Source: an uncultured Acidobacteriota bacterium (GTDB lineage: Bacteria > Acidobacteriota > Thermoanaerobaculia > Multivoradales > UBA5704). From it: 64,000 bases of DNA. The translations under genes were made by a program, and so were the position numbers. The notes under the pieces are model-generated. The model did not search any database. It saw nothing but the letters and a program-made list of their open reading frames with translations, and was not told the origin of the DNA. The stretch covers positions 3,328,001 to 3,392,000 of the forward strand of contig OY969474.1 in the NCBI GenBank assembly GCA_963700145.1, in the 5' to 3' direction. How positions within the stretch are numbered: position 1 is the stretch's first letter; every line of letters begins with the position of its first letter. This document shows, piece after piece, positions 57,909-64,000 of this stretch.

Positions 57909-58335
57909 GCCAGGGCGGCACTTCGGGCATCTCGCGGTCGAGCTCCGCGAAGAGGCGCTCGATCTCCTCGTCGCTGAAGATCCCCTTCTCTTTGAGTCTC
58001 CAGATCAGCACGCGGAGGCTCGCGTGCCGCACGAGGCGCGCGCTGAGCGGGTACGCGGGGTGGGGCGGCGCGGCCGCGGGCTTGCCGCGCACGTCGGGGG
58101 GGCCGTAGACCTCCTCGAAGAACTCCACTGGGGAGACGTCGAGCGCGGCGAGGATGCCGGCGATGTGCACGTAGCGCAGCTCGATCGCGCCGCTGAACAC
58201 CTGGCGGAGGTAGTCGTGCCGCCGGCCGATGAGGATCCCGACTTCGCGGAGCGACATGCGCTTGCGGCGGATGATCTCCCGCAAAGCCGTTCGCACCCGA
58301 ATCATTTCGGCGTCGGCCTGTTGGCTGAGATCCAC
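57898..58335 (-). CDS. XRE/Cro-like HTH transcriptional regulator
   Basis: LREIIRRKRMSLREVG..IGR..DYL.QVFSG..ELR..H...IL.ALDVSP.EFF. Confidence 0.78.
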   Translation of the reverse strand: MDLSQQADAEMIRVRTALREIIRRKRMSLREVGILIGRRHDYLRQVFSGAIELRYVHIAGILAALDVSPVEFFEEVYGPPDVRGKPAAAPPHPAYPLSARLVRHASLRVLIWRLKEKGIFSDEEIERLFAELDREMPEVPPWPNG

Positions 58336-58392
58336 GCCGGGATTCTACCTCTAGTGTTGCGTTAGTCAACAACAGTAAGGCTAGGCGGCACG

Positions 58393-58422
58393 TTGACATG
58401 CAGTCGCTAGCTGTGCTGTCAT
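58393..58422 (+). promoter_or_regulatory. Putative promoter/operator in the divergent HTH-TPR spacer
   Basis: TTGACA-N18-TGTCAT, which also forms a TGACA...TGTCA inverted repeat. Confidence 0.4.
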
Positions 58423-58455
58423 CCACTTCGTGCCGAGCCTTTACACCTCTCCGGA

Positions 58456-59238
58456 GTGGCATCTACGCTGTTGGCCCACCTGAGCCACTTCGATGCGCTC
58501 TTCCTGCTCGCGCCCCTGCCGCGGGCCGAGCGGCGGCAGCTCGCGCACGCTCTCGTCTGCGACGCCTGCCGCGCGGTCCTGCGCGAAGTCCTCGCGGCGC
58601 AGACGCCCGCCGCTTCGCCTGAGACTCCCGCCTCCCGCCGCGCCCGCCCTCTCGACTACAGCGCCATGTGGACCGCTCTCGAGAAGAAGCTCGCGGCCGA
58701 GGTGCCGGAGATTTTCCGCGAGCGCGAAGCCGCCCAGCGCGAACTCGACAAGCTGCTGCGCCTGCGGCGAGACCAGCGCGCCGCCGTCGCGCGCCCCTCG
58801 GCCTCCCTCGCCATCCTCCTCCTCGACAAGAGCGCTGAGGTCACCGCCGCGGACCCGCGCGAAGGCGAGCACCTGGCGCGCCTGGTCATCACGATGGTGG
58901 GGAAGCTCGACGTCGCGCACGTGCCGATCACCCTCATCGCCGAGCTGACCAGCCAAGCCTGGGCGCTCGTCGGCAACGCGCGGCGCCACCGGCGCGATCT
59001 GACGGGCGCCGACTGGGCGTTCCAGCAAGCCCAGGCCCGCCTCGACCTGGCAACCGACCTTGCCGTCAACGCCACCTTCTGCCGGCTGCTCGCCGAGCTG
59101 CGCCGCGAGCAAGGCCGCACCGAAGAGGCCCTCGCCCTGGGCGAACGGGCGCGCGTCCTCTTCACCCAAGTCCACAAGCTCGCCGATTCGACTTCGGGCC
59201 CGGGCATTCCGCCCGGTCCCGGTTCACAGGAGACGTGA
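58456..59238 (+). CDS. Shorter paralog of the zinc-finger/TPR protein
   Basis: HALVCDAC; SQAWALVGNARR matches ARAWAQAGTAHR of 56586-57908. Confidence 0.68.
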   Translation: MASTLLAHLSHFDALFLLAPLPRAERRQLAHALVCDACRAVLREVLAAQTPAASPETPASRRARPLDYSAMWTALEKKLAAEVPEIFREREAAQRELDKLLRLRRDQRAAVARPSASLAILLLDKSAEVTAADPREGEHLARLVITMVGKLDVAHVPITLIAELTSQAWALVGNARRHRRDLTGADWAFQQAQARLDLATDLAVNATFCRLLAELRREQGRTEEALALGERARVLFTQVHKLADSTSGPGIPPGPGSQET

Positions 59239-59239
59239 C

Positions 59240-59461
59240 ATGGCCAAGCCCCAGAAATCGCCCCCGACCCCCGTCACCGAGCAGCTCAAAGCCGAGCGCA
59301 TCCAGGAGCTCCACGAGCTCCTGGCGAGCCGTCCCGACCTGCTCCTGAGGGGCCTCCAGGTTCCGTTCGGCCCGCTGACCCTCTACCTCACCCCCGCCGA
59401 CGGCAAGACCCTCACCAAGGAGGACCTGGAGTTCGCGGCGGTCCTCCAGAAGGCGGCCTGA
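59240..59461 (+). CDS. Small hypothetical protein (possibly degenerate pterin-carbinolamine-dehydratase-like)
   Basis: AGGAG RBS; LKAERIQ N-terminus and C-terminal L.L......LT.ED..FA..L recall the ends of PCD-fold proteins; no catalytic HH. Confidence 0.5.
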   Translation: MAKPQKSPPTPVTEQLKAERIQELHELLASRPDLLLRGLQVPFGPLTLYLTPADGKTLTKEDLEFAAVLQKAA

Positions 59462-59506
59462 CGCCGGTGCTGGGGGCTCGACGCCCTCTGCGGAGGACGA
59501 AAAGCC

Positions 59507-59737
59507 GGTATCGGGGCTTGCTCCCTCGGTATCGAGCCCTGATACCTCCGGATCAGGCGCTGCGACCTAGGTATCAGACGCTGCGACCTAGGGAGCGGGC
59601 GCTGCGACCTAGGTATCGGGCGCTCCTACCTCCGGATCAGGCGCCGCTACCCCTGGATGGGGCCCTGCTACCCAGGTATCACGGGCCGATACCCCCGTAT
59701 GGAGCGCTGATACCTCCGTATCGGCGCTTCCTACCCA
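59507..59737. repeat. Tandem array of 11 degenerate 21-bp units (consensus about GGTATCRGGCGCTGCTACCYM)
   Basis: Units start at 59507, 59528, 59549 ... 59717 with no indels; the plus frame reads RYRALLP-like heptads. Confidence 0.9.
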
Positions 59738-59762
59738 CCAACAACTCAAGGAGAGAACCGTC

Positions 59763-60188
59763 ATGCCCGACGCATCGCTAGGAGAGAAGCTCAAGAACTG
59801 GAGGCTGCTGTCCGAGGGCCTGAAGCTCCGCATCGAAGAGGTCCCCTTCCTCAAGGAGGACCACACCGAGCTGAGCGCCCTGGTCGAGCAGATCGATTCC
59901 CTCATGCAGCAGACCGACGTGCACGAGGGCCGGCTCCGCGAGGCGATCCGCCAGAGGGGGATCGCCGAGGACCGGACCGCCGAGCTGTACGGCCGCATGG
60001 TGGCCCGCCTCAAAGGCACCTACGGCAAGAGGTCCAACCTGCTCCACGAGATCGGCCTGCGGCCCGAGGCCCCGCCCGTGCGGTTGTCGAAGAAGGACGA
60101 GCCCGAGCCGCCGGCCCCCGGCACCACACCCACCCAACCCCCCGCTTCGGCCCCGGCGTCGGCTGAGGAGGAGCCGACCGCCGGCTGA
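59763..60188 (+). CDS. Coiled-coil hypothetical protein with G..S..L...GL.P motif and Pro-rich tail
   Basis: AAGGAG RBS, strong GC3 bias, amphipathic helices, YGKRSNLLHEIGLRP. Confidence 0.8.
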   Translation: MPDASLGEKLKNWRLLSEGLKLRIEEVPFLKEDHTELSALVEQIDSLMQQTDVHEGRLREAIRQRGIAEDRTAELYGRMVARLKGTYGKRSNLLHEIGLRPEAPPVRLSKKDEPEPPAPGTTPTQPPASAPASAEEEPTAG

Positions 60189-60290
60189 CCGAGCGGGCCC
60201 AGCACAACGGCCGCCGGCGGAGATCTGACCTCCGCCGGCGGCGCACCGCTCTCTCACAACACGGCGCGTCGAACGAATGGAGGTTCTCGA

Positions 60291-60704
60291 ATGCCCGCCC
60301 CGAAGCGACCCACCCCGCAAGGCCCCGCCGAGCCGCCCGTCGGCGCCGGCGAGGCGTTCCGCGAGACCTTCGCGGCCCTCTTCCCCTACACCCCGCTGCA
60401 GCACAGTTTGGGCAGTCTCTTGGCGAGCTTGGCCGAGTTCGCCGCGACCCTGCCGGCCTTGGAGCCGCCCGGCGAAGTGACGCAGATGGAGACCGCGCTG
60501 CGCGCCGCCGCCGCCGACCTCCGGTACCTCGAGCGCTTCCTCTCGGGGCTCGGCCGCAAGGCCTCCGACCGGAAGCTCCTCCAGACCGACCGCCAGCTCG
60601 CCCGCGGCGCGGGACGGCTGGTCATTCGGGTAGGCGCCGCCGCCCAGGCGATCGACGAGATGGTCGACGCGGCGCAGGCGGCCCGCCGCGCGGAGGCCGG
60701 GTGA
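60291..60704 (+). CDS. Hypothetical helical protein
   Basis: GGAGG RBS, GC3 bias. Confidence 0.6.
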   Translation: MPAPKRPTPQGPAEPPVGAGEAFRETFAALFPYTPLQHSLGSLLASLAEFAATLPALEPPGEVTQMETALRAAAADLRYLERFLSGLGRKASDRKLLQTDRQLARGAGRLVIRVGAAAQAIDEMVDAAQAARRAEAG

Positions 60705-60949
60705 TGGCGACCTCCGGCCCCTTCCCGCCGAAGCTTCTCCTCCCCCTGCGCATCGCGCGCTTCGACGGCGGCCTCCTCGCGAGCCTCCGGCGGCCGGCCG
60801 AGGCGCCGCGCAACGGCTGGCTCCACCCGTGCGACTGGGTCCTCGTCCGCTGGGGGCGGCCCGGCAAGCACGACGTCCAGGCCGGCCGCGACTGGCAGAC
60901 CCCCGCGCCGGAGGTCCCGGGCGAGGCGCTGACGATCGGTGAGGACTGA
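60704..60949 (+). CDS. Small hypothetical protein
   Basis: TGATG coupling with the upstream gene, GGAGG RBS. Confidence 0.5.
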   Translation: MATSGPFPPKLLLPLRIARFDGGLLASLRRPAEAPRNGWLHPCDWVLVRWGRPGKHDVQAGRDWQTPAPEVPGEALTIGED

Positions 60950-60961
60950 GGAGGCGTCCCC

Positions 60962-61706
60962 ATGGAACGCACGATCAACTCCGCCCTCCGCCTCCATCAC
61001 ATGCTCCTCGCCCTGCGCGACGCGAGCCGCGAGGGGCGCCCCATCCGCCAAGTCCTCGCCGAGGTCTTCGAGCTCCAGCCGGACGACGACCTCGCCCTCC
61101 GCCGCCGGCTGCTGGCGGTCGACGACCTCTTCGCCGAGTCCGAGGCCGCGATCCGGTCGATTCCGGGCATCGACCTGCAGCGCTACCTCCGCTACTTCCC
61201 CGCGGCCAGGAAGGCCCTCCTCGGCGCCCGCCTCGACCAGGACTCCCGCCGCTACGCCCCGTTCCAGGAGGCCCTCGGCGAGGCCGTCTGCCAGTCCATC
61301 GAGTTCTGCGGCGCCCGCATCGCCGAGGAGTTCCCCGAGACCCGTCCTGGCAACCGACGACCTGGGCGAGGTCGAGGCCCGGCTCAACGCCCTCTTCGCC
61401 TTCACCGCCAGCGCCGAGCTCGACCCCGCGCTCCGCCAGGTCAGCCTCGACATCCTGCAGGCCCTCCGCGCCGCCCTTGCCGACTACCGCATCCACGGCG
61501 CCGCCGGGCTCCAGGAGGCCGTCGAGCAGGCGGTGGGCAAGCTCACCGTCCACTACCTCCGCGCGAGAAAGCAGGGCACCCGTCTCGACATCGACCAGCT
61601 CGAACGGCTCCTCGACCTGATCTTCAAGTTCGAGGCCCTGCTCGCCAAGGCGTCCGTCTACCTGCCGGCGCTGACCGAGTACCTGCCGAAGCTCCTGGGG
61701 GCGTAA
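60962..61706 (+). pseudogene. Hypothetical protein split by a frameshift near 61340
   Basis: The GC3-biased frame from ATG 60962 reads ...IAEEFPE and continues in another frame as PVLATDDLGEVEARL...LPKLLGA (stop 61706); could be a sequencing error. Confidence 0.7.
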
Positions 61707-61710
61707 GGCG

Positions 61711-62325
61711 ATGGCGGACCTGCGCTGGCTGACACGCATTGGCGACTACGAAGTCATCCGCCGCGAGATCCCACGCCTGGGCGGCAAGCCGTACTACTTG
61801 AACGGCAGCACCCTGATCGGCGTCCTCCACACGACCGAAGGCGACACCGTCGAGGCGGCGTGGCGCACCCTCCGCCAGCAGAATGCGGCGCCTCACTTCA
61901 TCGCCGGCGAGAACACGATCGTCCAGTGCCGGCCCCTCAATGCGCAGGCCTCGACGCTGCGCCCCCGCCGGAACAACACCGCGAACGTCCACGCGCAGGT
62001 GCAGGTCGAGATGGTGGCGCGGAGCAAGCAGAAGCTGTGGCTTCCGAAGCCGTCCACGCTCGACCCGACGGTCGCGATCCTGGCCTTCTGCGAGAAGGCC
62101 CTCGGGATTCCGCTACGAGTCCCGAACGACTGGCCGGACGACTGCGCGGACCTGCCGTTGCCGTGGGCCGCGAACGACAGGCGACGGAGGCAGGCCAGCA
62201 AGGGGTTGTGGCCGAAGGAGCTCCTCGAGGATCTCCTCGGAACCCGGGTCGATCTCGTCACCGAGCGCGGCCTCAGGGCGCGAGTCCGGCCGAGTGTCGA
62301 AAGGGACGCAATTCGTGTCGCGTAA
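61711..62325 (+). CDS. Chimeric ORF: truncated N-acetylmuramoyl-L-alanine amidase (Amidase_2-like) fused to the C-terminus of an MNT nucleotidyltransferase antitoxin
   Basis: VLHTTEG, APHF, VQVEMV, then from ~62218 ELLEDLLGTRVDLVTERGLRARVRPSVERDAIRVA. Confidence 0.72.
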   Translation: MADLRWLTRIGDYEVIRREIPRLGGKPYYLNGSTLIGVLHTTEGDTVEAAWRTLRQQNAAPHFIAGENTIVQCRPLNAQASTLRPRRNNTANVHAQVQVEMVARSKQKLWLPKPSTLDPTVAILAFCEKALGIPLRVPNDWPDDCADLPLPWAANDRRRRQASKGLWPKELLEDLLGTRVDLVTERGLRARVRPSVERDAIRVA

Positions 62326-62597
62326 ACCAGACTGGACGCCAACGCCACTACACATCACCTCGCGCGAAGACCAACAGCAGCAATCTCGTTACCGGCCACC
62401 CTCAGTCCTCCTCCTATTCGCCCTCCGCGCCGCAGACAACATCGTCGAGTGCCCCTATCAAGGTCACACCTCAGCCGGCAACAACACGTTATAGCCGACG
62501 CTCAGATGGAGAAGATCGACGCGAGCGAAACCACACTCCGCAACTCCAGGCCTGCCAGGAGTGAAGGGCTGGTTACCTCCGGCTACGGCCTAAGCTC

Positions 62598-62634
62598 TTG
62601 ACACCCTCCGCCCGCGGCACGTATGCTCTATAAT
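62598..62634 (+). promoter_or_regulatory. Strong sigma70-like promoter
   Basis: TTGACA-N18-TATGCT with an adjacent TATAAT at 62629. Confidence 0.55.
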
Positions 62635-62776
62635 AGTGCCCGACGGTTCCTCAGCTCGCGGCGGTGAATTTGTCTTAAAGGCTCATCCTTGGTAACGATT
62701 TGGTAGGAAGCTCGGCGGCCTGCTGCTAAATGCCTCCCCCGACCACCTTCAACGTGCTATTTCGCTGACAGCTCTA

Positions 62777-63035
62777 ATGCCAGTAATTCCTCCAGCGCCT
62801 CACGATGTCAACAGCTCGCACGTGCTCCAAGTTCTTCGGCGAAAGAGCACGGAACATGACGGCTTGAGCGTTAAAGTCCAACAATTCATTTCCGTCGCCA
62901 CACCGATGGTTGACTTAGTGGCCGCTGGTCCATTCCGAAATTATACTCTCCATAATCGAGACCATGCCCGCAAGATCATTCATCTCATTCAATACCTCGT
63001 TCCACCTGCCACGCTTGACCAACTTTCAAGCCTAG
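62777..63035 (+). pseudogene. 5' part of a low-GC HD-domain (HD-CE-like) gene interrupted by an IS
   Basis: PFRNYTLHNRDHARKI...LS.L (YTxH...H) stops just before the expected LHD motif, at the CTAG where the IS begins. Confidence 0.68.
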
Positions 63036-64000
63036 CAGCCCGTGGTGAAAGTCGCTGAGCGCGGTTGAGCCTGTCCGAGCAGGTCGGTAGGCTTCGAGCC
63101 AATTCGACGAGGGTCAAGCCAATGGCGATGGGCAAGCGCGAGCGGCAGCTGCAGCAGAGGCTCTGGGTGGAGTCGCAGCGGCTGGCGAAAGGGCCGAGCC
63201 ACCCCTTCTACAGTCGGTTGAATCAGATCCTGGGCAAGCACGGGTTCGACGACTTCGCCGAGGCGGCGTGCAAGCCGTTCTATGCCGAGCGCATGGGCCG
63301 CCCGTCGCTGGCGCCTGGGGTGTACTTCCGGCTGCTGCTGATCGGCTACTTCGAGGGGATCGACTCGGAGCGGGGCATCGCCTGGCGGGTGGCGGATTCG
63401 ATCGGCTTGCGCGACTTTTTGGGCTTGACGCTGACCGACACGACGCCGGACCACTCGACGATCTCGCGCACTCGGCGGTTGATCGAGCTGGGGACGCACC
63501 AGGAGGTGTTCGCCTGGGTGCTTGCGCTGCTGGCCAAGGAGAAGCTCGTCCGGGGCGAGACGCTGGGGATCGATGCGACGACGCTCGAGGCCAACGCGGC
63601 GCTGCGCAGCATCGTGCGGCGCGACAGCGGCGAGAGCTACCAGGAGTTTCTGACCCGGCTGGCTCAGGCCTCGGGCATTGCGACGCCAACGCGGGAGGAC
63701 TTGGCGCGGCTGGACCGTGACCGACCGCGGAAGGGCTCGAACAAGGAATGGAAGCACCCGCACGATCCGGATGCGCGGATCACCAAGATGAAGGACGGGC
63801 GGACGCATCTGGCCCACAAGGCCGAGCACGCGGTGGATCTGGAGACCGGCGCGATCGTGGCGGTGACCGTGCAGCCGGCCGATCGCGGGGACACGGCCAG
63901 CATCGAGGAGACCGTCCAGGAGGCGATGGATGTCCTGGCCGATGTCCTGGAAGACGAGGAAGCGGCCGAGCAGCTCGACGGCGAAGTGCTCAGCGAGATC
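63036..64000 (+). mobile_element. IS1182/IS5-type insertion sequence, left part
   Basis: Abrupt GC shift at CTAG|CAGCCCGTGGTGAAA followed by a transposase ORF; right end lies outside the window. Confidence 0.85.
63122..64000 (+). CDS. DDE transposase (DUF772/IS1182-like), 3'-truncated by the window
   Basis: Manual translation: MAMGKR...HPFYSRLN...GRPSLAPGVYFRLLLIGYFEGIDSERGIAWR.ADS...PDHSTISRTR...GIDATTLEANA...DPDARITKMKDG.THLAHK. Confidence 0.93.
   Translation, partial: MAMGKRERQLQQRLWVESQRLAKGPSHPFYSRLNQILGKHGFDDFAEAACKPFYAERMGRPSLAPGVYFRLLLIGYFEGIDSERGIAWRVADSIGLRDFLGLTLTDTTPDHSTISRTRRLIELGTHQEVFAWVLALLAKEKLVRGETLGIDATTLEANAALRSIVRRDSGESYQEFLTRLAQASGIATPTREDLARLDRDRPRKGSNKEWKHPHDPDARITKMKDGRTHLAHKAEHAVDLETGAIVAVTVQPADRGDTASIEETVQEAMDVLADVLEDEEAAEQLDGEVLSEI

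Noticed and set aside
59507-59737. CRISPR array interpretation of the 21-bp repeats (also 8446-8842)
   Set aside because: Units are contiguous and degenerate, with no unique spacers and no cas genes.

Overview
Very GC-rich bacterial window; the gene families suggest Acidobacteriota/Thermoanaerobaculia, which is inference only. From left to right it holds: a one-piece F1Fo ATP synthase operon (minus strand, atpC cut by the window edge) whose alpha subunit has a ~70-aa insertion; a HAD hydrolase; a zincin peptidase + D-Ala-D-Ala-ligase-like pair; small accessory genes; a cobalamin-riboswitch-led btuBFDC-like uptake operon; a UDG-like gene; a GT-C-like membrane/TPR protein; and a MazEF-type toxin-antitoxin pair. 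Next is a ~29 kb hybrid lipopeptide NRPS/PKS cluster. It has a FAAL start, an A-less C-T module, a circularly permuted ATP-grasp ligase fused to the NRPS, an AT-less KS, a Lys2-like A domain, a hydroxymalonyl-ACP (FkbH/I/J/K-like, no FkbG) cassette, a terminal reductase and an MFS exporter. Four tRNA genes follow, then an accessory region. That region contains secreted peptide genes next to zinc-finger/TPR and HTH regulators, a 21-bp-period array before a coiled-coil gene, a frameshifted gene, an amidase/MNT chimera, and an HD-domain gene cut by an IS1182/IS5-type element. Two unrelated degenerate arrays with strict 21-bp phasing also stand out, as does a covarying two-hairpin element present twice (once nested in a REP-like palindrome). 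All calls come from reading motifs by eye; no database searches were run.
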